Source of the DNA: Felis catus
Taxonomy: Eukaryota
Direction of reading: 5' to 3'
NCBI RefSeq assembly: GCF_018350175.1
Contig: NC_058368.1
Span: 206,462,001-206,526,000 of the forward strand
Length of the DNA: 64,000 bases
Part shown: piece after piece, positions 1 to 12,565 of the stretch
How the letters are laid out: each line of letters begins with the position of its first letter
Position numbering within the stretch: position 1 is the stretch's first letter
The notes under the pieces: generated by a model
The model's database searches: none
The model's input: the letters and a program-made list of their open reading frames with translations, nothing else
What the model was told of the DNA's origin: nothing
Position numbers and translations under genes: made by a program

Positions 1-116
1 TCTGTGCTGGAGGGTGGAATAACTGATAATAATTTAGGAACTTCATTTAAAAAATTCTCTTATTTGTTACCCATTCCTTCTTTGTTCAGAGAAAAGATGA
101 GGCCAGCTTTTAGGAA

Positions 117-600
117 TGTGTTTCAGTCATCTACTGCAGCGTAACAAACCATTCTGAAACTTAATGGCTTAAAATAAGAATAGCTGTCCGTGGACTGAAC
201 TCAATTCAGTGGTTCTCCTGGTCTCATCTGGGGTTATGCAGCTTCAGTTATCTGGAGTTGATCTAGGGCTGGAAGTCCAAAGTGGCTTTACTCATATGTC
301 TGGTACCTCAGCTGAGATGTCTGGACCAGATAGGGACTGGCTGGGAATCAATTTCTCTCTCTACACAGTGTCTGCAGCAGAATAGCTGGACCTCTTTGCA
401 TTGGTTTAAGGCTCCAAAGAGGATGAAAGCAGAAGAAGCTTCCATACCTCTTATGGCCTAGGCTAGAACTGGCAAAATGTCACTTTCCCCAAATTCCCAT
501 GATTAGAGAGAGTTACAAGACCAGCCTGGATTCCATGTCAAAGGGAAAGGAGACTAATTTCTTGATGAAAGGAAAGCCAAGACTTTAGGTCATCTTCAGT
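117..600 (-). mobile_element. Old MaLR solo LTR (MLT1H/J-like)
   Basis: Begins tgtgtttcagtcatctactgcagcgtaacaaaccattctgaaacttaatggcttaaaa (reverse complement of MLT1 3' end) with typical internal motifs. Confidence 0.75.
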
Positions 601-2452
601 TCACTAATAATATACAAGATGTACAATAATAATGTCTAAAAATTGCCATTAAACTTTTTGATTGAAGGGCAGCTATCAGATATGACGTGTTTACAACAAC
701 ACAAATGGTCTAATTTCAAGGGCCTTAAAAGGTCAATTTGCCAACTAGTGGGGCCCAAGGTTTAAGATTTTTTTTTTTGACCAGAGTCACTCATAAAATT
801 TTACAATATTAGAGTTAGGAGAGAATATGAAGCTTACCTAGCCCAACTGAATGTCTTTTGATAAAAAACAAGATTAGACACATTAATCTGTGGCACATCA
901 GTGTAGCATATGGGCTAGCTAATTTGTTTATATGACTAATTCACTGTGACTTCGATTAAGGACAGGATCTAAGGAGATTGAACATAGGACAAACACATTT
1001 TACATGGAAGAGAAAAGGTAGGAAGATGTTAAGAGTATGGGGTGTATCCTTACCCCACCAAGGCCCTAGGAATGGAGATGTGCATGATAGTCCTAGATAG
1101 CACAAAGTACTTAGAATGGAGGAGGGATCAGAAAATCTGTCAGATGTATTTTACTAAGCTTACAATTTTGCTCCGAGGAGGAACTCTAAAGTGATTTACT
1201 ACAACCCTCTTCCCATTAGTCAGAGAGAAGACTTCTTGGAAGAAGTGTTTCAACATCATTGGAAATGAGAAGCAGCTTTCTCATGAACTGCTTGGTTAGT
1301 ATAGAGAAATGCATAATTTTCCTCCCAGAGATTGTCATTTTTTCATATCCTTGTATGAGCTCAAGGTTTATCGAAAGCTAAATCTTGGCTGATTCTCATC
1401 TTTGTCTTTTTATAATTCCTCTTCCTTATCTTCTTAGAGGAGGAGGGTGTTCAATCAAGTGACCTGGGATTGTGTTGCTCGCTGGCCTGCTCTGATATTT
1501 TCAGAACATATGTTTCTGGTGTGGGCTAGTATCCTAGAGTGTGTTTATCCAAATAGAGCTAAGTGAAGCCTGGCCTGCCGGCCTTTGCCCCTGCGCTTAT
1601 TGAAACACATTTCCATTTCATTTTGTATTTTTCCTTGCTAGTTGGGCTTAGCAGCTTAGGTCTTCTCATTTTCTCAAAATACGGGGATGCTTTGAGGTGT
1701 CAACATGCCTGAACATGTTCTCAAGGAAGCTTCAAGAGGACCTTTACAGTGAAGCTGATACATCTCAGCTGGAAAAGGACAACTCTGTAACAGAGAAAAA
1801 TGACAGGCAAGGGATTTCCCCCTGACAGTGGTAAGCCAGGGATTCCCTCCATCCCCCTTTCCCGCCCCTGAGCTGGCTGATGGCATTGCTATTTCCTCTT
1901 CCCAGCTTCTGGCCTCTGTTTCCTCACTGACCAGCCCCGTGTCCATAACAGGAGCTGTTCCCGTCTGCACTTTCTGAAAGGGGTAGAACTCCTTTTTGTA
2001 ACACTTGTGAGGTTCTTTGTGGGTCTGAGTAGGTTTTTTTTTTTTTTTCTCGTCAGTATACAAGCACTGCGACTCCCGAACTCTTTCAGAGAGAATCTGT
2101 GCATGTAGTGGTGCATAAAAAAAACCTGATTCAATAAAATATTTTTTTCTTAGACACAGAATAATTTCATATGATTCTGAAGTACTTAAAATGTCTTAGT
2201 ATTTTGGAACAAAATACTCAGGTCCTAGCCTGTTTCTCAACATGAAAGATTTATGGAACTTGGAACTAATTCATACCTCTAGGTTCTGCTTAACTTGGTG
2301 CCTTTATGATTGAATTAACTAAAATACTATTTAATGAGTTGAAAAGACAGACTTCCTGGTCCCACATGTAATATTTACAAAAACTTTAGATATCTTTCTT
2401 TAAAAAGCTTAAACAGAAATTCTTTCTTTTAAATTACAAAACATTTTTTGTA

Positions 2453-2637
2453 GCACCTGGGTGGCTCACGGTGATCTCGCGGTTCCTGAGTTTGAGCCCT
2501 GCATCAGACTGTCTGCTCTCAGCGCAGAGCCTGCTTCAGATCCTCTGTCTCCCTCTTTCTGCCCCACTCTCTCTCTCTCTCTCTCTCTCAAAAATAAATA
2601 AACATTTAAAAATTAAATAAATAAAATTAAATTAAAA
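2453..2637 (+). mobile_element. Can-SINE (internally deleted), nested in the tail of the adjacent minus-strand SINE
   Basis: gcacctgggtggctca head, (CT)n, AATAAA/A-rich tail. Confidence 0.9.
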
Positions 2638-2826
2638 CTTTTTTTAGAGAGAGAGAGAGCATGCCTGAGCAGGGGAGGGAGGAGGGGAAGAGAGAGAGAA
2701 TCTTAAGCAGGCAGCACACTCAGTGAGGAGCCTGGCACGGGGCTCCATCCAACGACCCTGGGATCATCAAGACCCCAGCTGAAATCAAGAGTCAGATGTT
2801 TAACCGACTGAGCCACCCAGGTCCCC
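2638..2826 (-). mobile_element. Can-SINE
   Basis: Ends ctgagccacccaggtcccc; TSD TAAACAGAAATTCT at 2410-2423 and 2827-2840 brackets both SINEs. Confidence 0.92.
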
Positions 2827-4074
2827 TAAACAGAAATTCTATGCAATTAATTCTGTGCAATTAATTTATAGGACTCTTGATTGATCAGGAAAGCTGGCCA
2901 CTGTTGATGTGTGCCTCTGCTGGAGTATGATTTTTCTTTTGAAACTTCATTAAAGTATAGCAGGGGTAAATCAGTGTCTACTGATTCACAATTTTGTTTT
3001 CTCATTTGTTCTGCTGACCTGATGTGATGGCTTCTTGACTCATTTAGCAGTATTAGAAAGACACCTGTGGCTGGAAAGGTCCCTGGCTGTTTGGAGTGCT
3101 TACACATTTGTCCTTCTGTCTTTACTCCCCCTTTTCCTGTGTGATTCCTGAAGGACAGGTTTTCTCGGAGACTTTCTAATCTGGTCAATATCAGAATATC
3201 TAGGTGGTCATCAGAAAAACAGTGTCTTAGGAGTCTGAGGCTGAGAGAGACGTCAGTGAGTCTAAGACAATTTAGCTGAAGGGGGAAACATCTGCCAAAG
3301 TCTGCCTTTCAGGTTCCTTGGGAATCTGTGCTAGCATGGGCCTGCTGTGAGTGTTTTCTGATGTTGCTTCACTTGCAGGAACCTATATAAGGCTTGGAAG
3401 GCAGGTGGGTGTGACATTCATAAAATGACTGGGAGCTCCCACACCTTTCCATGAGGGGAAACTGAGAGAAGAGGTAACCCCCACCTTGGCCTCCAGACCC
3501 AGAGTTTCTGCCCCATGTTAGCAGAAATCAGATTTCAGACAGCAGCCATCTTCCCATGGTTATGGAGTCTCTTGAAACAGGCTACAACAAGAAGAGAACA
3601 AGCTGTCAACCAATTTTGTGCAAAGTTTAGCCTCAGAGAAAAAGAACAATTTTGTCTGAAGGCATTTCTGGGACTGATCACAGGCTGAGGGGTTCTGAGG
3701 GCCATGCAGCTCCTGACTTGGAATAGCTTGTTAGCTTCTGGGTGGTGGTTTGCAGAAGAGGGTGGGTGGTAAGGAGATATGCAATCAATCCTGTAATCAG
3801 AGGGCCTAGCTGAAGATACAGATAGGAGAGGAGGAAGGAGGAAGACTTGGGTTACAGAGGTTTTCCAAGGGAGTAGAAGTAGAAGGGATTGGGAGGCCAA
3901 AGACAGATCCTTGAGGGACTCCTGTCCTTAATGGCCTCTTTGTCAATCCACCTAGTAAGGTGTTATCTCCATAGGACAATCTGTAGAACAGTCTTCCCTT
4001 TTTTCAAAGTCATGAGACACATCTAGGTTTCTGGCACGCAGCATATTTTATTTCTTCTTGGAGATTTATTTTTT

Positions 4075-4580
4075 TGAGTAAACTCCTCAAAAGAATTAGC
4101 TGTATTGCCACCTCAACTCCTCATTTCCCAGCCTCTTTTGAACTCACTTCAGTTGGGCTTTCTTCCTTTCCATGCAGGTGAAACTCCTATCAAGATCTCT
4201 AGAGTGCTCCAAACACCCACCCCAACCTCATCATCTACCAGTCTCCCCTCCATCCCACATTGGCCTTACTGTTCTTTCAATACCTGAAGAAATCTTGCAC
4301 CCCAGGACTTTGTACTTGCTCTTTTCTCCTCTGGAATGCTCCTATTCTAGCTAGACTCAGTTTCATGTTTCATTCTGTTTCTCAGAGAGGCTTCCAAGAT
4401 TACTCTGTCTTTTCTCTGTTTCCTTGTCTTGCATTCTTCATATTATTGCTCATGACATGACAATATCTACAATATTAGAATTTAAGCGTCATGAAGGCAG
4501 GTACTTTGCCATTTGCTGCATCGTCCTCAGAATCTAGAACAGAGCCTGGGACATAGTTGGTGCTGCTTCATGGATGACAA
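4075..4580 (+). mobile_element. L2 LINE fragments (RT region plus 3' end)
   Basis: Degenerate LLNSLQLGFLPFHAGET resembles the L2 RT motif LQSGFRPHHSTET; followed by L2 3' end motif ctagaacagagcctgggacatag. Confidence 0.7.
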
Positions 4581-4929
4581 ACCTGGATCAACCAGCTGCA
4601 GTACCATATGGCATTCACATAGCTCTCAGGATGAGACGGCTTGTTTTCTAATTCTCTTCTTCACGTAAAAAACTGCAGAAAGGCAGAGAACTATCAGACT
4701 TGGCATATGATGGCTGCAGCAGAAAATGCAAACACAAACGAATGAACAAAAGAACAACAACAACAGCCCACAACAACCCAGTAAAACTCAGGCTCCTATT
4801 GAAAAACAATTCAGTTCAGCTAAATATTGACCATGTGTTTTGATGTAAGAAGTATGATAAGGCATTTGTTTTCATCTAGACTTAAACACAGAATTGTTGC
4901 ACACTGTGTATAGGTATTTAAATTTTATT

Positions 4930-5047
4930 TTTACTTTTTATACTTTTTCTGGTTTTATCTTAGTTTTGTCTTCAAGTGTACAGAATTGGACAAACCTCAG
5001 TCAATGTCTCATGATGCAGTTTTATCATTGGCTTATGTATAGCCTGC

Positions 5048-5090
<43 letters not shown>

Positions 5091-5810
5091 ATCTATCATT
5101 AATAATGTAATCATTCATGAACCCATCACTAAAAAGAAGAGCTAATTCTTGTTAATAACTTACATCAAATTATATGGTTCCCCTCTCCCTAGCCACCCCT
5201 TGCCTTTCACTTCCTGAAGAAGCATCACCCTTAACACTGTGGTTTTCTTTTACTTGCTTTCTCACTTCTTTTAATATAGCTTTACTGCGTCGATAGCTAA
5301 GATTTACCCATATTGGTGCGTATTGCTGTAGTTATTCCATGTTGACTTTAGGGTAGTGTTTCATTGTATGGATAGACCACAGGGGTTTCCATCCGTTCTC
5401 CTGTTGATGGGCTTTTTCGTTATTCCTAGGTTTTGGCTTTTCTGCTGCTTTAGCCATTCTTGAGCAGGTCTCTTGGAGTAATAGCATAAGGGTTTCTTTT
5501 GGGTCTATACGTAGGAGTGAAAAAGAATATGTGACTATTCAACTACATGAGATAGTGCCAAATTATTTTCCAAAGTGATTGAGCCAATTTACACTTTCTT
5601 CAGCAGTGAATAAAAGATTCTGTGGATCCACATCCTCTCCAGCACTTGGCTTGGTCAGACTTTTTTTTTTTTTCTTTTCCCAATTCAGTGGGTTTAAGGT
5701 GGTATCTCTTGTGGTCGTTCCCTGATTACTAATGACGTTGAGCAGCTCTTCATATTGTTATTGACTATATTTGGTATATCCAGTGAAATACCTGCTTATG
5801 TTTGTTTTTC
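4930..5810 (-). mobile_element. Old L1 (L1ME-like) 3' end
   Basis: Antisense L1 motifs (ctcctgttgatgggc, tgccaaattattttccaaagtg, ccacatcctctccagcacttgg, cctgattactaatgacgttgagc). Confidence 0.85.
5049..5097. repeat. (TCTA)n microsatellite
   Basis: Direct reading. Confidence 0.95.
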
Positions 5811-6724
5811 TACTAAGAATTTTAATTCCTTTTCTGTTTGCAAATAATAGTCATTCAACTTACAAAATGCCAGTAACTTCAGAAAGAGGTCAGTAGAAAG
5901 CAAAAAAAGCCTTTGTTATAAGTCAATCTAACTTAACATTAGTCATGCAAAACTTTTAGGTTCTTTCTTTTTGGTACATTTCAATAATTGCAAAAGGTAT
6001 TTGAAGTGGTGATGGTTGACTTCACAACCTCACTACCAGGTTATAAAGAATACTAAGATATGTGTATATCTCAGACGAAGTTCTCCTGTATATTCAAATG
6101 CATATTCAACAAACATTCATTAACAATTCATTAGCAGGCACAGAACCATTCACAGGTTTGATCTGTAGCCTCCTTGAAACCTCTGTAATCTGTTCTTTCA
6201 GAGCATCAGAGTACATATTGTCATGCTTTAGTGTCTTCTAGTCAGTCAGATCAATGGCTGGATATCGGATGTATTAGGAATTAGGTTCCATCCCTTAAGG
6301 GGACAAGATATTCATATTCCTTGTGTGTGAAAGTGTGGACAGATTTTTAACAATGCTAGACAATCCACATTCTTTGAATGTTTTTAATTGTACCAATGGG
6401 AGAACATTTATAGCTTGCATTGTGCAAATAAAGAACTCGTTAGTTTCACCAGTACCATCCATTTTAACATAATATGCTACTTAACAAACAATCAGTTGTC
6501 AATCAAGATATGGAGAGTAGAGAGACTTAGAATAATCACCCCTGGAAAGTGACCCTTCCTGATTTAATGCTAGCTGGCATCCCTGGACTATGCATTCTTG
6601 AAAGAATGTTGCTGAAGACCCTGAGAATTAAAGTTTGAGCTAATCAGTACTTATATAATATCACAATATTGATACAGAAATATTTTAAGTAAAGTAATAG
6701 TCACTGTATTCTCTCTTGGTATAA

Positions 6725-6885
6725 GGGAGAGAATGTGGATCTAATATCCCTTTATTTGAATCCCACCTCTGCCTTTTATGTCTCTGTGACCTTGGGCATG
6801 TTACTTAACTTGTCTAGGCCTCAGTTTTATTGTCTATTAAGTGGGGATATATATTAACAATTACATTGTAGGGTTCTTATAAGAA
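6725..6885 (+). mobile_element. MIR
   Basis: MIR core tgtgaccttgggcatgttacttaacttgtctaggcctcagtttt. Confidence 0.8.
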
Positions 6886-6912
6886 TTAAAGGTGTCTAAA
6901 AAAAGAAATAAA

Positions 6913-7147
6913 GGGGCACCTGGGTGGCTTAGTCAGTTAAACGTCTGACTTCAGCTCAGGTCATGACTTCACGGTTCGGTTTGTGGGTTCAAGCCCCACA
7001 TCGAGCTCTGTGCTGATATGATAGCTCAGAGCCTGGAGTCTGCTTTAGATTCTGGGTCTCCCTCTCTCTCTGCCCCTCCCCCACTCATGCTCTGTCTCTC
7101 TCCTTCAAAAAGTAAAAATAAAACATTAAAAAAAATTTTTTTTAAAT
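6913..7147 (+). mobile_element. Can-SINE (SINEC_Fc) inserted in MIR
   Basis: ggggcacctgggtggcttagtc head, CT tract, A-rich tail. Confidence 0.93.
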
Positions 7148-7466
7148 AATTGAAGGGGTCTAGCACAGTGCTTGACCATACATATACATATATATCCCAC
7201 AGATTTGCTTCTAAGCCCTGGACAGTTTTCAAGAATCAAGTACTTCTTTAAAAAAAAAGATACCATGATTTTTACGGAAGAGAATTACAGAATCTGAAGG
7301 TTGGAATGAACCTTCTAGATCACTGATTGAAGATTTCCAAAACTATCTATGTGTCAGTATAACTTGAAGAACTTTAGAACATGCACTTTCCCAAACTCTA
7401 ATGCCAGAAGGTACTGATTTATTGGGTCTAGAGTGGAGAGAAGGAGGTCTAATCTTTAAAAAGTTC

Positions 7467-7735
7467 CATTGATAATGATGGATACGTGTCATTACACATG
7501 TGTCAAAACCCACAGAGAGTACAGTACTGAGGGTTAACTCTATGTGTTGAACTATGGACTTCAGGTGACAGTGATGTTTCAGTGTAGGTTCAGTGACTGT
7601 AACAAATGTACCAATGTGGTTCAAATTGTTAACAGTAGGGGAGGCTTTGTATATGAGGAGACAAGGAGTATATGGATATTTTCTGTACTTACTGCTCAGT
7701 TTTGTGGTGAGCAGTGAATAAAGTCTATTAAAAAT
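7467..7735 (+). mobile_element. L1MC-like 3'UTR inserted into a MER5-type hAT MITE (flanks about 7345-7466 and 7736-7775)
   Basis: ggatacgtgtcattacacatgtgtcaaaacccacag...tgtaacaaatgtacc...aataaagtctattaaaaa; right flank ends gtttgggaaccagtg like a MER5 TIR. Confidence 0.8.
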
Positions 7736-8439
7736 AGTTCTGTTGAGGATTCAGATACAGGTTTGGGAACCAGTGGTCTCGCTAGTTCACCATTTGGAGC
7801 AGAAACACCTGCAGCTGCAATGATCTCAGTCATGACTTTCTCCTGTGCTGCCCCTGGAAGCTCGCTGTTCTCCCAAAGCCACTGTGGTTGGGTGGCACCA
7901 GGATTCGAAAGTTCTTCCTTATATGGAACTGACGTCAGCCTGCCTCATTGTTACTTCCAATCATTGTGTGTGATTCCTCCCACCCAAGCTACAGAGACCA
8001 AATCTAATGTTTCTCACATGAGGCCATGCAAGTATTTGAAGGCAACACTCCCATTCCTCCTGTCCCCACCCCATCTCATGTGTTCTCCTTTCAAGGCTAA
8101 AGATGCCGGAACTCTTCCTTGGATATAATTTCCAGGCAATTCCCTCTCCTGGTTAGTTGCTTTTCTAGGTATTTCCATTTTGAAAATATTAACAATGCAT
8201 CTGGCAGCAGGTAACACCCAATCAGAGTGGAGACCTGGGTATGCCTCTCATTAACCTTTACGTTGTTGGGGAGGGGCGAGGTCCTGGGAGAAGGGCTGAA
8301 ATGACCTGGGGGCTCTAAGCAGCAGCTATTCACCAACTGGTACTGAAGCATTTCAGTGTTATAACAGTCACTCTGGCCATCCTGGTGCACACTTGCCAAA
8401 TATCAGCCTAGTCAACCTCGCTCTTAAAACAACTCCAAA

Positions 8440-8624
8440 GGCGCCTGGGTGGCTCAGTCGGTTGAGCATCTGACTCTTGATTTTGGCATAAGTCACGACC
8501 TCAGGGTTGTGGGATCAAGCCCCACTTTGGGCTCTACACTGAGAAGTCTGCTTAAGATTCCCTCTCTCTCCCTCTGCCTCTCTCCCCTCCTCTCTCTCTC
8601 TCTCTAAAAACAAAAAACCAAAAA
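8440..8624 (+). mobile_element. Can-SINE
   Basis: ggcgcctgggtggctcagtcggttgagc head, CT tract, A tail. Confidence 0.92.
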
Positions 8625-9034
8625 CCTCTCTAGTTTGGAACATGATGCTGTAGAGGTGGTCTGAGGCACAGAGTTGAGTGGGAAGGTGTCAGCTTGCAGA
8701 CATCTGCATCACCCAGTAGCCTGTGTGTCTGGTGGTAAAACAAACCTAGGAAATATTTTCAACTGAAGAGCTGTGAAACATTTTTTATGGCACCTGTTTA
8801 TTGCAATTTTACATTTGACTTCTGAATCTGAATGAAGGTTCATTTGTCATGAGATTTACGGTTTATTTTTTCCTGCATTTTTGGACTCTTGGGCTGCTCA
8901 GGCAGCATGTTGTCCTGTCTCATGACTTTGTCCTATCTGCAGTTGATAGCTTTTGACATCATTAAGGACAATAAGGTTGCAGAGGTGGGGCTGAACAGAC
9001 CATACAGCCACACACCTCTAGAGATCTCTCTGTA

Positions 9035-9215
9035 GCAGTGTTCAGTCCATTCATTCTGACTGGTTGTAGTTGGAAATTACTGGGAGAATTTTTAAAAAAT
9101 CAAAATGCCAGACTTTACCTCAGACCTTTTGAGTCATCTCCTCCAGGGTATCGATTTTTACAAAAGCTCCCCAGGTTAAGTGTGACACATGGTCAGGTTT
9201 AGGGATTGCCACTTT
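9035..9215. mobile_element. MER5-type hAT MITE, degenerate
   Basis: gaaattactgggagaatttttaaaaa...tttttacaaaagctccccagg motifs. Confidence 0.6.
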
Positions 9216-9699
9216 AATGCTCGCTAGGTATTATTTTTAAACTTTATGAATGCACTTGCTGGATAGGTTTTTAGTACTTTTCGTGAAATTTTTTCAAGCC
9301 TAATACCTTTAAAAATCCTCTTTATTCATGACTCCAAAAATAGTATTACTGTTAATATCTTTTCTAACTTGGAGTCATTACTTCCCCTGAGGAAAAATTT
9401 TCTCATGATAAAATGGAAGCAGTTACGTGACTGGTTCTTTTTAACATGTTCTAGAATTCCACCACCACCCCCCCCCCCCCCGTCTCCCCCCTGCCCTCCT
9501 TCACGCTCTCTGTTCACCAGTTTACTTTATTTGGGGATATTCTGAATCCACAGCTTTCTTCTTTGAAAAATTCATTAACATAATCCCCTCCCCCCAAATT
9601 GTCTTCAGCATACATTGTCTTCCACTGCTCCAATTGAATGGAGTGGGCTGATAATATATTGATTTTGTTTATCTCATGTAGTTAGCAGAACTTAGAACT

Positions 9700-9895
9700 T
9701 CTCATGTGATAGACATTCTTCTGAGAGGTCTACACATATTAATTTATTTAATTTTTATAACATGTTATGAGGTAATATTATTGTCTTTATTTCTCAGATG
9801 AAATTGAAGCAAAAGAGGTGAAGTAATTTGCTGAATGTCATACATATAGAGAGAACGGACCTGGTTCCAGATTCCATGCCCTTAGCTCTTAGCAA
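9700..9895 (-). mobile_element. MIR
   Basis: ctcagatgaaattgaagcaaaagaggtgaagtaatttgctgaatgtcatac. Confidence 0.7.
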
Positions 9896-10162
9896 ATACA
9901 AAAAAGGATAGCAGTAAATTGCAAGCAGTTTTTAATTTGATGTTTTTCTGCTTTTGGCAGTGGTGGTGGTGGTGGGGAGTTTGATGTAAGTATGACAGGT
10001 GTCACATAAATGAACCCACACCAGAAGTGGCAGTGGTTGCCATCTGGACTGTTCGTTTTTCATTTACATAAATTTATGAGTTCTATACATTGAATTCCAC
10101 GTAGAAAATTGTCCTATTTTTTTTAAAAATACCCTAGCTCTATAATGTTGAAAATGTGTTTT

Positions 10163-10553
10163 GGGGCGCCTGGGTGGCTTAGTCAGTTAAGCATCTGCCT
10201 TCAGCTCAGGTCATGATCTCATGGCTTGTGGGTTCAACACCCATGTTGGGCTCTGTGCTGCCAACTCAGAGCTTAGAGCCTGCTTCAGATTCTGTGGCTC
10301 CCACTCTCTCTGTCTCTCTCTCTCTCTCAAAATTAGATAAACATTAAAGGGGCTCCTGGGTGGCTCAGTCAGTTAAGCATCTGCCTTTGGCTCAGGTCAT
10401 GATCTCACGGTTGGTGAATCCTCAAATTGTCTGCCCTCAGCATAGAGCCTGCTTCGGATCCACTGTCCCCCCGCTCTCTCTGTCCTCTCCCACTTGCACT
10501 CTCTCTCAGTCTCTCTCAAAATAAATAAATAAACTAAAAAAAAAAACCCATAA

Positions 10554-10593
<40 letters not shown>
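10163..10593 (+). mobile_element. Two head-to-tail Can-SINEs (10163-10348, 10349-10593) with (TAAA)n tail
   Basis: Two GGGGC(G/T)CCTGGGTGGCT heads; one TSD pair AAAATGTGTTTT 10151-10162 / AAAGTGTGTTTT 10594-10605. Confidence 0.93.
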
Positions 10594-11532
10594 AAAGTGT
10601 GTTTTGAAATGAATAAGGGGAATGCAACTGTACAAATTTTGTTCTTTCTGTCTCCAATATAAGGAAAAAACAACCGACAATGAATAATGTGGACCTTCAG
10701 GATGTAGCCTCTAACTTTGTCCTTAACTATACTGTTCTAGCAGACTTAGGTTCATTTCTTTTATGACCCTGTGACTTGGCCATTCATTCATTCCTTTGTT
10801 AACTCAACAAATATTTTTTGAGAACTAATCATACACCAGATTTTGGGGGAATAATGACCAGAAAAATCTAGGTTCTTATCCTCATGGAGCTTAGACTCTA
10901 GTGGAAGAAAAGACATAATCAAACAATCAAAATGTCCTCCATAACTGTACTGTGTATAATTTGTTCCATCCTAGCAATTATCATAGTGAATTATAAACGT
11001 GGAGTTAACAGCCTGTCCCTGTTCTGATCCTAATAGGTTTGAGGGAATGCCCTAGGTTTGTTTCTTCTCTGTACTCCCTGTGTTTGCTAATTCACTTAGA
11101 ACTTAATTATGTGTTAAATCAATATGTAGATTCGTGTTTTTCTAAATATGGATCTGAAATAATTGGCCTATAGTGATTCCAATTTTATCTTTATAGTTCA
11201 GAATGTGGAAAGATAATGTCATTTTGGGAGCAGTTCAGGAGCGTTTTAGGGGCTTAGTTAATGAATGGGAAGATGATTTGGCTGACATCTTTGCTGAACC
11301 ACTATTAGAAATTTCACCATTTTCTTAACATAAAGAATATAGAAGATAGATGAAATTTCTTAATAATCAGTCATTGAAGTATTTGGACTCATAGAGACAT
11401 TAAAGATCACCTGACTCAACCTCCACATATTGTCAAAGAGGAACTTGAGGGCAGGGGCTAATGAATTTAACCAAGGCCACATAAATGTTAACAGAGCCAC
11501 AGCTAGACACTGAGCTCTGCACAGTCATCTTT

Positions 11533-11735
11533 TTTTTTTTTAACGTTTTTATTTATTTTTGAGACAGAGAGAGACAGAGCATGAATGGGGAGGGGCAGAG
11601 AGAGAGGGAGACACAGAATCGGAAGCAGGCTCCAGGCTCTGAGCCATCAGCCCAGAGCCCGACGCGGGGCTTGAACTCAGATCGTGACCTGAGCTGAAGT
11701 CAGCCGCTTAACCGACTGAGCCACCCAGGCGCCCC
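11533..11735 (-). mobile_element. Young Can-SINE (SINEC_Fc)
   Basis: CpG-rich body; TSD TGCACAGT(C/T)ATCTTT 11518-11532 / 11736-11750. Confidence 0.95.
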
Positions 11736-11787
11736 TGCACAGTTATCTTTAAAGCAAAACAAAATGAATACTAGATGGTGCTTGGTT

Positions 11788-11879
11788 TTTCATTTCATTT
11801 CATTTCATTTCATTTCATTTCATTTCATTTCATTTCATTTCATTTCATTTCATTCATTTTATTTCATTTCATTTCATTT
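11788..11879. repeat. (CATTT)n pentanucleotide microsatellite
   Basis: Direct reading. Confidence 0.95.
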
Positions 11880-11939
11880 ATTTATTTAAAAGTAGTTGCC
11901 TTTTTTTTGTTTTAAATAGAATCAGTTCTCTGTGGTTGT

Positions 11940-12146
11940 ATTTATTTTTGAGAGTAAGAGAAAGAGAGAGAGAGAGAACATGAGCTAGGGAGGGGTAGAG
12001 AGAGAGAGGGGGACAGAGGAACCGAAGCAGGTTCTGTTCTGACAACAGAGAGCCTGATGTGGGGCTCAAAGTCACAAACCATGAGATTATGACCTGAGCT
12101 GAAATCAAGAGTTGGTTGCTTAACCGACTGAGCCACCCAGGTGCCC
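11940..12146 (-). mobile_element. Can-SINE with extended tail (to about 11795)
   Basis: Ends gccacccaggtgccc; TSD TGGTTTTTCATT 11783-11794 / 12147-12158. Confidence 0.92.
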
Positions 12147-12337
12147 TGGTTTTTCATTAAAAAAAAAAAAAAGAAGAGTATGTGAATTTATTTTCCCATC
12201 ACGGTTTACTGAAATTTTAGAATTTATTGATTAATTGACTGAAATGGCCCCATATTGTTATTTACTGACAAAAGCAGATCTTGCTAGAACACACGTTATT
12301 CATGAAGATTGATTATCTTGTTCATTCTAGTCTTCCT

Positions 12338-12565
12338 TTTTTAAAAAAAAAAACTTTTTTTCAATGTTTATTTTTGAGAGAGGGAGAGAGACAGAGTACA
12401 AACTGAGGAGAGGCAGAGAGAGAGAGGAAGACGCAGAATCCAAAGCAGGCTCCAGGCTCTGAGCTGTCAGCGCAGAGCCTGATGCAGGGCTCCAGTTTAT
12501 GAACTGCAAGGTCATGACCTGAGCTGAAGTCAGGCTCTTAACTGACTGAGCTGCCCAGGCACCCC
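12338..12565 (-). mobile_element. Can-SINE
   Basis: SINE body; TSD TAGTCTTCC 12328-12336 / 12566-12574. Confidence 0.93.

Noticed and set aside
1674..2063. 129-aa minus-strand ORF
   Set aside because: Starts in a poly(A)-derived lysine run, has no recognisable domain and no supporting exon structure.
11788..11879. CRISPR-like or satellite array
   Set aside because: Simple pentanucleotide microsatellite without spacers in mammalian DNA.
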